Notes under the pieces: generated by a model
The model's input: only the letters and a program-made list of their open reading frames with translations
Databases searched by the model: none
Told to the model about the DNA's origin: nothing
Shown: positions 40,301-52,300 of the stretch, one piece after another
Position numbering within the stretch: the first letter of the stretch is position 1
Layout of the letters: each line of letters starts with the position of its first letter
Position numbers and translations under genes: made by a program
Assembly: GCA_918797485.1 (NCBI GenBank)
Contig: CAKKNE010000002.1
Location: 5,332,001 to 5,396,000 of the forward strand
Source: Pelagomonas calceolata
Taxonomy: Eukaryota
Reading direction: 5' to 3'
DNA: 64,000 nucleotides

Positions 40301-43300
40301 CCTGCCCACGCCGTACGAGCCCGTGGGCAATCTCGACGGCGCCCCAGTAACAGAATACCTCTACGCTTCATACAACTCGCCGACCAAAAAATTCACGGAG
40401 TTCGAGTGCCTCAACCAGAATCCGGGCTATCAACGCGGGACCATGCGACTAGAAGATCAAATATTTTTTTATGGCGAGCTCGTGCCGCCCTTTATTGATG
40501 TATTGGGCAGAGGGGCGAATTTCCGACCGTCGAAGGACGACCAGCTGAAGTACCACTCGTATCCCGCGGCGTCGCAGCAAAGCTTCGAGGGCCAGTGCTA
40601 CCGGAATTTGCAAAAGTACGGGAGCGCGGTCTACCAGCGGTTCAAGGATTATTTCGGCCCCGACTTCAACACGCAGACGGGCGCGCCGCACCAGGGCTAC
40701 GGGAGTTCCCAGTACTTGGGTTTTCACGGTGCTGGTTCCCTAGCCATTGATTTACCCCATTTCCGACGCTTCGAGCCGACGCAGAACTGCACGCGCGGGT
40801 TTTTGCTCATGAACGAGACGCTAAATCCGAGAGATGGCGTCATGGTCTACACGTCGCCGAGGTACGACACGCAGGAGGGCGACCGCTACATCCGGAGGGG
40901 CGACGACCAGTGGTATCCGGGCACTTGTGAAGCCGACTTCTTTTGTGATACGAGCGATGGGTTGCAGTCGGAGTCCTGCGCCGAGGGCTACGTGTGTGAA
41001 GAAACCTCCAATTCGTCAGAGGGCATGTGGTTCCCGTGCCGCGAGGGCTACGTCTGCGACTTCGCGACGACCCCAGACGTAGATTTGCTCGCGCCGGCGT
41101 CGCAGTTCACGCACATGTGCCCGCCGGGCTACCGGTGCCAGGACGGGACCGGTTTAGGGCAGGCGGAGCGGTTCGAGTGCGAGGAAGATTTTTTTTGCCC
41201 CTCGGGTACCGCGGATGAGTTATTCGGCGCGCTAGCGGATGATGCGATGGCTCGATCTTTGTCTGCTGAAGAAAGCGACCCGGACCTACGGCAGCGCCAC
41301 GTCCACTACCTGTCGGACGACGACGTGCGCGTCGTCTCGGACCACGACGACGCGTGCTTTAATGGTGTTGATAATGATCTAAAAATTCGATTCAGGGAGG
41401 ACGCGGCCTTCACGGCGGGCACACCGAACCAGGCTTTCGTGGTGGAACAGCCGAAGGCCGGTAATAAACCAGTGGAAAATATTTCCATCCCCTTCGACAA
41501 GCCGGCGCTGTTAAACGAGGCGAAGCGGCGCAATAAAAAGTGCGCGCGCGACCACAAGTGGGGGCATGCTCAACGAGCGATCGGGAGGCAGGACTGCCAG
41601 TGTTCGAGGCAGGTCGGCGTGTTTGTGGCCATTTATCGGCTGTGGAAATGTACCGGAGAGGGTATCGTCGAGAACCTGGGGTTAGGTGCGGTGTCCGATA
41701 GGAATCCTAATTTAGTGGAGAATGAAATGCGGTCGGGGCGGAACTACTGGTTTCCCCGTCGTGCTAATAGGACGAAGCGGCAATGCGTTTTTTACGACCA
41801 GGAAGCGGACCGAAGCGAAGATTTGAAAACGAAGGATGGCGCGACATTATATGATGGTGTTTCACCGTTAATTTATGATTTAGGACCAAATAACACTCAT
41901 GGACTAAACTTAACGCGGGGCGGCCTCTGGCTCGACTCGCGGCAGTTCAAGAACACGCGGGACGCCCTCGCTCCACCAAAACGGTTCGCGGTCTGGCCGG
42001 CGAACGACCTCACAAATGGTTTAACGATGGCTCTTGAATATAAACACACCTCTACAAGAATAGATACAGAGTATGAGGCCCAGTGGAACGACGCCGAGGA
42101 CCACGACGACTGGGTCGTCGAGCCGCCGGCCTATCCTCTTTTATATAGAACCTGGCCCGACTATAAGACCTTAAAGGAGGCCACTACCCAATTGTACTAT
42201 GCGCAGAAACAGGAGGTCCGAGATACGTACATAAGAAAGAAGGACCCGGACCTCAGCATTGCGGGCTATAGAACCAATGTGGACTGGATGGTCTACGATG
42301 CGTTCAGTGCCATTCGCTTGATCGAGGAGTTCGGCGAGCAGCTCGAGCACGATAGATCTCTAGGTTTAAGTGGTGACGCACAACCAATCAGGACGGACCT
42401 CTGCGAGTGCCACAACGTCATCAAGTGCCCGAATGGTACGAGTAGTCCAATAGGGGCGTCGTCCTTGAACGACTGCAAGCCGTGCTGTAGTGGTGTGGCC
42501 GGCGAGTCCCCGGAAATGTGTTATACCTCAGAAACGACGACGTGCCGCAAGACGGGCTCCGCCATGGTCTTGAGGCGATATGATTTGATTCCCTCGCACG
42601 CCGTCGACGACTACAATAAGACGAACTTCGTGATCAAGGCGCCGGTCGACGCCAGTGAGGAAATCAAAGTTCAAGCGCCCTTCAATTTCTGGTGTGTTGC
42701 GGTCGGAGCGAGGTGCGGCTCGCTCCAGTCGGTCGACTGTATCAGAGGGACGTCGTGTCCGAGTTTGGGCCGCTCCGAGGGCCGCGGCGCCGAGATAGCG
42801 AGACTCACTGGTTGATTTCCACACAGGGCACGATGGGCGCGCCGGTCGTCCACCCCCACTACTCCTTCGGCGAGGGCGGGACCTTCGGCGGCCTCCCGTG
42901 CAAGCTCGGGGAGACCTTCGAGGATAAAGGACAAAGAATAAAATGCAAGGCCGCGGACGAATTTGCTGATTTAACAGGTAAAAAAACGGGCGAACCTGGA
43001 GCTTCATTGGGCCACTTGCGGCTGTGGACCTTTGACATCGCGACGATCACGTCCGATTTAAGGAAACTAGAAAGGAATTTCACGTACGGCGCGCACTACC
43101 GCCTCGCGGTCTACGAGGACTGCAAGCCCTGCCCGACGGAGTACGCCTGCCAATTTACCGGAGAATATGACAAAGAAAGGGGCTACGACTGCTCGGAACC
43201 GAAGGGGCCGACCCAGATTCTTAGATATAGAAAGTGTCTGGAAGAAAACACGCAGCGGTACTGCGTCAATAGTTCGTATCCTTTTAAGAACGTGGTATTA

Positions 43301-46300
43301 CCGGGCGCCGACTGCGAGCGATTGGTCGACGGGCAAATTGTGTCGGGAAAGCCGGAGATGGAGGCGAGGCACCGCTGGGCCGCGGGCGAGCGGGCGTTCG
43401 TGCCGTCGTACGGGCCCGGTACCGTTTTGATGTGCGCGGGCCAGAACGACGAGCGATGTTTTGTGGCGCTAGATATGTGGGAGTACAACCGCGACGCGGC
43501 GGAGATCTACGTGTCGGCGTGGATTCTCGAGAGGGAGGACGCGCCGTCCGCGCAATCTGCGGCTGCGGAGCTGCGAGCTAAATTGGAGCTCGAGAAGCCG
43601 GAGTGCACCTTGTGGAGCTTACCGAACCGGCCGGCGACGACGCCGGGCTGCGGCGGAGGGCATCCACAAGCACATAATAGGGAATACGGCTGGGACCAAG
43701 TCGAGTGGGAACTACCAAGACTCGCGAACGGTCAGTTATCGACACCGTCACTGCGCGGCCCCGGCGACTACTACCTCGAGATGGTCATCCACGCGGGCTG
43801 GCGCTGGACGACGACGACTGGCGTTGAAAAAGTAATTCCGGAAAACGAAGTGGGCAACGAAGCTAGAATTTTGTCGGACGACGAGGTCGGGCCCGGCGTG
43901 AGACGGTTCTCGTTACCCGACAGAAGGTTGTGCGCGCGGACGCCGTTCTACTGCAAAACAAGGAGCCATTCGCCGTTCGAGTTTCTCACTTTACCAATCG
44001 TCACCGAGGCGTCGGACGCCGAGCGAGGAACGACGGGCTACCTCGCGGGCACGGGGCGCGAGATCCCGGCCGTGCTAGGAACGGCCGCGGACATCGAACA
44101 AGCAGCATTAGAGGAATTGATACGACTCGAGGAGGACGTCGGCGACGAGCTATTATGTAGCGCGACGGTGGAGCGCGACGAGTTCGCGGCGAAGCAGGCC
44201 GTCTTGCAGTACGAGAAGATGAAGACGCTGCCCGACGACCCGCCGGGCGTGCGCTGGTGCGCGCCGCGCGAGGTCACCTCGCGGCGTCCGAATCCACTCA
44301 AAATCGCAACAGAGACCACCCATCGCCTTCTCTGATGGACACGAGTCGCGTCGACGCCGCGAGAGAGCCAGAAAACCGCGGCAACACGCGAAACCGCCGC
44401 CACACGCAGGCCGTGAAGCCCCCCGAATTCGCGGAGGACGTCCTGCGCGAGGTGCGGGAACGGCCGGGGCGTAACGACAACCACCGCGACGAACTGATGG
44501 TCCAGGAGCGGCGCATGCTCGACGAGCACTTCTTCCTGTACAACGACGTGCCGGACACGGGCATGGGCCAGCGTCGAACTTCAACTTGTGCTTCAATTTG
44601 GGGTGTGTCGGGGTCCGAGTGTATCCCTCGGAGGTCGTGTCCGAGATCGCGAGACTCACCGGTCGACGTCCACGCAGGCATGTGGCGGCAGTCCGATTTT
44701 AGGAGAGCGATCCAGCAGCAGGGCTGCTGTCTCTGTGAAGATAAAAGAAAACGTTTACCAAGGTTCTTCCGCGAGACGACGAAGAATCCCGGCCTCGAGG
44801 ACAACAAGCACGCGCTCGTGCAGACTACTTACACGATGGTCGGCCGCCTCTACGTCGACTTGACGATCTGCTGGGAATTACTGAGTGGACTTTATTATCA
44901 AGAGTTCGAGGCCATGCTCGACGCGTCGGACGTCGCGATCCACCGGCCGAGTCGAACGAACGAAGGGACGGACTGGGCGTACACGACCGACGGCGAGCCC
45001 GCGACGCCGACGGCCTGCCGCGAGACCTACGACGGCGGCTCGACCTACAAGGGGCGGGGGAACTGCGGCGTGCCCCACTATGTGTATGGAGAGACGGGAA
45101 AAGTGTTAACCAAAAAAGATATTACGGGCGAGGAGACGGACGAGCGGTACGATCTCGGCGTCCCGTGCTACACTCCCGTCCGTCAGACGAGGTCGTGGGT
45201 CGTTTTATTTCCGATTTCGAGTCGCGATTCGGTCCGAAACGGCTCAAATTTGGACCAGGGACCACCCATCTTCATCATTGATGGACACGAGTCGCGTCGA
45301 CGGCGTGGAGGCGCCGCAACACTTCGAAACGCCGCGATCACATGTCGTTCTCGCAGGTACGCGGCCGCGGACCAGTTCCTGCTCGAGGAGGGTGCTAGAT
45401 CTTCGTTCCTGACGATTTTAGCGCATGATCTCATGGAGGAGAACAAGATCGAGATGCCCATGAACATGCCGTTCACGACGCTGCCGCCGTGCGATCTCCG
45501 CGTTTTGAAGTGTAGAGGCGCCTTCACGCCATCGACGCGGCTCGTGTCCATCAGACGAGGTCGTGGGTGGTTTCTTTTTCGAGTTTGAGCCGTTTCGGAT
45601 CACACGGTCGCCTCCCGAGAGAGAGAGCAATCTGTGCATGGGTCGCGGCGATAGCGTGAGGCTCATACGCCATCGACGCGACTCGTCAGAGGCGCGTGTC
45701 GCGTCGACGGCGTCGATGGCGTCTGGGGTCGACTTGAGGCCGTTGGGACCGCGTCGAGCGACCGCGATGCTCCGCGCAGGTCGAAGGGCGAGTTGTTATT
45801 AAGGTACCCGCGGATCCTGGAGACGCGCGTGATTATTAATAGGCCGTCGGACGTCGCGGTCGCCGATCCGCGGTGTCGCGCCGACTCCGCCGACAACTGT
45901 GTTCAAGCTCGAGGCAACCCGCTCATGGGCGTCTTTCGGAACGAGGTCAACCTGGGCATGAACGGGTATGTGGTGCGGAAGCGAACGCGACTAGGAGACA
46001 CGGAGAATGAACAAGAAGCGGCGACCGATAGAAGAGTCACGGAGAACCACTACCCCTCCGACGACAATCCCTACGACTCGCTCTACCCGGTGGATGATCG
46101 AGGAAAAACGAAGGAGCTCGACCCGGAGTCCCAGGAGGTCTCCGCGAAGGAGATGTTCGACTCCACCGTCTCCATATTGTTCCAGGCCATGCGCATGGAG
46201 GGGAGCACGGTGCCCGGGTCCCAATTCAGTACGACCGGTGTTAGATTCGATGAAGGAAGGAACCTGGGGGACATTGCGGGCCGGCCCGACGGCAAGGCTT

Positions 46301-49300
46301 ATAAGAACGTCCCGAACGAGCCGGACCGGGGCGGCCTGGGGAGCAGCTTCCAAACGAAGGTCGACGGAAATTCGATGGACGCCGACTACCTGGGCTACGC
46401 GGGTCTAACGAAGGAAAATACGTACTCCGAGACGACGGGGCCGCCCCAGGTGATGGCTTTTCCGTGGCTGCCCTTCTTTAGTAATTGTCGGGGCTTCGAT
46501 AGTCAGGTCGCTTATAGTAAACTCCTGGAAACGCACGAGGACTGTCGCCTGTCGAAGCACGAGGACACGCGGTTCATCTACGATTTTGACCCGTTAGAAC
46601 AGCTCTTAACGAAGGGCATGTGGGAGTCGGACGCCGTCGCCGACATCTGCGTGCACGACCGCGCGCTCGCGGCGTCTTGAGGTGTTTCCACTTCCTTGTC
46701 ATGATCTCACGAGGCCGTGGGTGGTTTCTTTGTCGATTTTGAGGCCGTTCGGACCGCGTCGAGCGACCGAGCCGCGACGCGGTCCGAAGCGGCTCAAATT
46801 CGGACCAGAGGCCACCCACGTCGTCGTGAGATGGACACGAGTCGCGTCGATGGCGTGAAAACACCACAACACTTCAAAACGCGATGCTCCGCGCAGGTAC
46901 GACCCGCACGATGAAGGCGAGAGGTAGTAAAGGGCGCTGGGACGAGTGGATGGGCATCCAGTTGGAATGTCAATATGAAGAGGATTTAACAAAACAACCG
47001 GAAGCGCGGGTCCGGTGGTACGAGGCGGCCGGCGGGACGACGCTCTGGGAGATGACGACGGACCCCGTCCCGCCGTCCATGTTCGCGGGCTACCACTACA
47101 CGGTCAACCCGAAGAAGCCCGGCTACGACGGGTTGTGGGGCACGCACCCGGAGTTCGGGCTCATGCGCGGCACGGAGAACATCATCGGGACGTCGGCGAC
47201 GCGGCGTGGAAAGGCGCTTCAATCTGAACCTTACGCCATCTTCATGAATCGTCTCCATCTTCTGATGGAGTGGGTGGTCTCTTTTTCGATTTTGAGCTGT
47301 TTCGGACCGCCGCGGGGCCGTCGCGATGGCGTCTTGATGAGACCGCGTCGCCGCGTGAGCGAGCTCTGACGGCATCGATCCGCGCAGGGTCGTCGACGAG
47401 TCGTGGCAGGGCCAGTTCTCGGGCCAGCTCGGCATGCTGCCGGCGCGCGTCACACTCAGCTTGTATTTCTTCCAAGAAACTAGAGACAAGAAGAAGCTCG
47501 TCGCGTCTCTGTTAAAGCTCCACAGTTACCACGACCCGCGGCCGGAAGGTGTTTATACCAAAGATGGAAAAACTTTAATCGAGCCCCGCGACCTCTCGCC
47601 TCCAGCGTGCTGCATCATTCAACGCCACCCGACGAAGTGCTCCGAGATTTACATCGACGACAACGGCAAGGAGAAGACGATGCAAATTCCCTTGTGTGCG
47701 AACGTCAGTGACTCAGCGTGATTTCCTTCAATTTCTCAACTTGAAGTTTGGGAAGATGGCGTCAACGCGATGCCACACCGCCTCTACACAATCGATGGGG
47801 CCGTCAGAGCGCCGACACGTCGCGTGAGTGCCCGGAGACGGTGTCGCGACGCGGTCGTTCGACGCAGGTCTGGAACTCGCCGAAGATTCTGAAAGCGAAA
47901 CATCGAAGCTACCAGCTCCAGGTCATCTACACTGCATTAAATTGGTGGGAATTGCTCAACTATTTCAGATTCGAGGACCCGCTGTATATTTTATTTTATA
48001 CGTTTCTCGGGGCGATTACCGTTTTCGAAGGTTTCATTCTCTGGGGCCTGAATCGCCTACTGACCAAATTAAGACACCCGCCCATCTTCCACGGCGCGAC
48101 GCTCTTCTATACGATCTCCGAGGCCCCACTTAAGGGGACATTTTACGCCTCGGTGCCTTATGTCTTAGCTCTCTCGTTGGTCTTCCACTGGTTCGCGACC
48201 CCCAACCAGCAGTACCCTAGATCGGAGGTGACGCCGCCCCAGCTCAACAGCATGGAGCAGACGACGACCTACGTTAGTTCAGGAACCGGGTGGACCCCGA
48301 ACCCGGACAATCCTGGTAAAAACGCGGCGTCTCGTAGCTCTTCATTTTGAGCGTCTGCGACGTCGTGGGTGGTTTCTTTGTTGATTTTGAGCCGTTTCGG
48401 ACACCACCGCGACGCCGTCGCCGCGACCGCACGAGCGAGCTCCGACGGCGTCGATCCGCACAGGCATGGAGTGGCTCGCCTTCGAGAGGTTCGCGGCGAC
48501 GTGGAAGGACTACGAGGCGGCCTACGGCTACCAGGAGATGTTCTACTGGAAGATGGGCCGCGCGGGGCTGTGCTTCGTGGTCACGGGCACGTGCCAGTGT
48601 CAAACTTCAAGCGCCCTTCAATTCGGGGTCTCTCGTGGCGTGGGCGTAGTGTTGCTCTCGCCACTCGTTCGAGTCCATCAGAGGGACCTTGTGTCCGAGT
48701 TTGGGCCTCTCAGATGACCGCGGTGCCGAGATAGCGACGCGACCGCTCGCGCTCCGCGAGAAGCGAGGAACGTCTTCATGAAGATGGCGTGGAGGGCTCG
48801 GCGACGCTCCCAGACGCCGTCTTCACAAAAATAACCTGACTCACGGGTTGATTTCCACGCAGGCATGTACGGCATCATTTTGAGTTCCAAGCTCATCATC
48901 CCGAACTGGACGGACCTCGTCAATGGCGACGAGGTCGAGGAGGATTTGGCGGAGGAGGAGGAGGAGCTGCCCGAGAGCCCGACGTGGGCCCCCAACACGT
49001 GGAAGCGCGCGCACTGGCTCTGGCGCCGACGCAGCGTCTGAACTTCAACTTTCGTGATCGCACGACCCCGCGCAGGACGGGCGTCATGTTCAACGCGTAC
49101 TACAACTTTTTGCTCGAGTTCTCGTACTGGCCCATCTTCTCGCAGCAGGTGTATTCTTTTATTGTCGGCATGTACTTCTTAGACATCTTCATCGCGATGG
49201 GTTTGGAAAGTATGTTGTGCGAAAGTTTACTCATCGCGCCGATCGACGTCTGCATCAACGTCATCGAGAACACGATGACCATGGGTGCGGCGTCGTTCGT

Positions 49301-52300
49301 CGACTTCATGGTCAGCTTCATGGTCGGTTTAAGTATTACGATGATCGATCGCCTGTATCTCGGGCCGGCGGTCGACACGGTGACGACGCTGATCCCGCGC
49401 TGGAAGATGATGTTCCGGCGCAAGTTCCAGGCGCGAAGGAGGATGACGCGGGAAGAGAAAGCTGCCGAGGAGTTGGAGTGGCGGAGGATTAATGAGGAAA
49501 TTGAATTGTCCGCGGAGGGCGTCGAGCCGTTGTTAGGCGCTTATTCGGGCTACAGCGTGGAAGTGACGGCCATGCTCATCTTCCCGTTCCTGAACATGTT
49601 CATGATGTGGTTTCCCATGGTCTGACGCAGCGTCTGAACTTCAAGTTGCGTCGACGGCGCCTTCTTCATGATCACACGAGCGTCGACGCGTCGCGTGACG
49701 GCGTCCGTGCCCCACGCAGGAGACGCAGATCACGATTAAATATGGCATTAGTACGTTCATGTCAGTGACTCGGCGTGATTTCCTTCCATTTCTCAACTTG
49801 AATTTTGGGAAGATGGCGTCTCCACGAGACCACACCGCCGCGACGCCGTCCCGTGTCGTGATGGCGTCGCTCCGCGCAGGTCCAAGTACTTCATCTTCGC
49901 GCTCTACTTGCCGCTCTTCCAACTCATATTAGATGTTTTTATTTTGAACACGCAGGAGCTCGTGTTCGGGTGGAAGGTCTACGACTACGTGTCGTACCAG
50001 CGCTACCGGTTCTCGGTGCGGGACCAGCGGTGCGTATCTCGGCGTCCCGCGGTGCTGCGGTGCCTTCACGCCATCGATGCGCGTCGTCTCCAGGAGAGGA
50101 GGTTTTTGAGGCCGTTCGGACCGACGTCGTGACTCCGGCTCGACGCGGTCCGAATCGGCCCAAATTTGGACCAGAGACCACCCATCGCCTCCTCTGATGG
50201 ACGCGAGTCGCGTCGACGCCGCGAGAGTGCCCAAACACCGCGGCAACACGCGAAACCGCCGCCACACGCAGGTGGATGATGAACAGCAAGGTCCTCGACG
50301 AGTCCATCGCCGAATCGTTGCAGACGTTGGATCTCATGTGCTTTAGTGAGCAGTACTACTTCCTGGTCGCGCTCATATCTTTCGGGATGCTGCTCGTGAC
50401 GATCTGTGCGGAAATCAAACTTTTACGCCGCGTTCGCGCTGCATCGCCGCGTCGACCTCCACGCCATCTTCATGATACCTGCTCGATGGCGTGGAGGCTC
50501 ACAAATCCACCTGGAGGGCCGGGGAGACCTCGACGCGGTCCGAATTCACTCAAATTCGACAAAGAAACCACGCTCATGGAAGTGAGATGGCCACGAGTCG
50601 CGTCGACGGCGTGAAGGCGCCGCAGCACTCACTGGTTGATTTCCACACAGGTCACGATGGGCGTGACGACGTTCATCAACACGAATTATAACTTCTTTGG
50701 CGATCCGGTCATGCCCGTGATTGTTGTGATCATGTTGCTCTATCTGGATTTCCTGCAGCACATGCTGTTTCGCGCGGCGGATATAAGGGTGAGGAAATTA
50801 AAATGGCGAGGCTTGTGGATGACGAAGCAAATCGAGGGCACGGTCGACGACGACGTGGCCGTGAAGTTGGCTATTGGCGAGGGGCGCCAGGCGGATCTGG
50901 AGCAGGAGCGGCTGGAGTTGCAGGCTTTGAATAGTGAGAGGTTTAGACATCGATTTTTGGAGCGAAATAGGCCGTGGATCCTCCAGCATCTCGTGGAGCT
51001 GTTGACACCTAGAAGCTTGGAGCAGCCGGGGCACGATGGCAGACCTGTGGTGGAGTACGTGCGGGACGTCTACGCCGAGCTCATGGTTTGTTTTGCGGCG
51101 TCTTTGTCTTCTTCGTTGTTACCGCGCCATCGCCACTACCGCCTACACGCCATCGACGTGACGCCTGCTCGATAGCGTGGCGGTGCCGGTTCCTCACTAT
51201 GGGACCCGACTCACCCCACAACGCCTTCGCCGCGACCAATCACCCAGGATCACGCCGGGCGCCTACACGCCGTCGCCGCGACGACGACACCTCACCGCGC
51301 GACGCAACGCAGGCCATGGGCGAAGGTACAAGAAAGCCGGGCGACCGCGACGATATCAGTTCGGACGACGAAGACGAAATGGAGCGCGCGCGGGCGTCGT
51401 GGCCGCGGGCGCCCTTGAAAGGTGCTGCTTTGGTCATTGCGAGATTATGGTTGGATAAAGCGCGGAAGCGTAGAGCGTTTACAAGACATATTCAGGGCCT
51501 CATGCTGGCGCAGAAGAAGGACGCCTGCGACCTGACGGGGCGGACGGAGGCCATGGGCGCGAAGCTCGTCTGTACATTAGCTACGAACGGCAAGCCGGTT
51601 CGTGTTCCGGCGTCTTTTTCGTTTGCGTCGTCGTTTCCTCGCCGGAGCCCCTGGTGCTGCCGCGTATACGAAGCAGACGCCATCGCCGCGGCGCCGTACG
51701 CCATCGCCGCGACCCTTCACCCCATCGCAGGACAAGAACGCGATCGACGACCTCATCGCGGGTTTTGAAGAGGCGTACGGCCCGAACGAGCGGGACGTGA
51801 ACCTCTGGAAGGCCTATTTCCGGGGCCACGCCGAGTTCATCACGGTGGACCAGGCCATTTTAGATGCGAATGAGCGGGAAAGGGTAGCGAGGCAGTCGCA
51901 GCGGCCGCCCGGCGCGGGTCGGGCTACTCGAGCGGATGACGTGTCTTCGGACAGCGAGGAGGAGGACTGCGCCTTCGATCCTCTCGTGGTGGTGCGGACG
52001 TCGTCGGAGGGTCGGATGCTGTCGAAGTGGCTCGACGCCGCGCGGAAGCGGCTGGGCGGCACCTTTCCGCGCGACGCGGCTCGGGCCGAGATGGAGGCCT
52101 ACGCCGAGAAGATGCGCCGGCGGAAGCTCAAGGGCGGCAAGCAGGCCGTGGCCGGCGTCGTCGAGGACGAAACCACCGAAGCGGCGCGGCTCGAGAAGCG
52201 CGTCGTGCGGCTGTCGCAGGTTCGTCTGGCGGCGTCTTTTTTTCCACCCCGTCGCCGCGGCGCCGTACGCCGTCGCCGCGGCCCCTCACCTTGTTACAAT

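Noticed and set aside
10302..42815. 10,837-aa ORF as a complete gene
   Set aside because: Its last ~56 codons ([14 protein letters not shown]...) are translated introner sequence also seen in the CCT2 intron; the gene continues after splicing.
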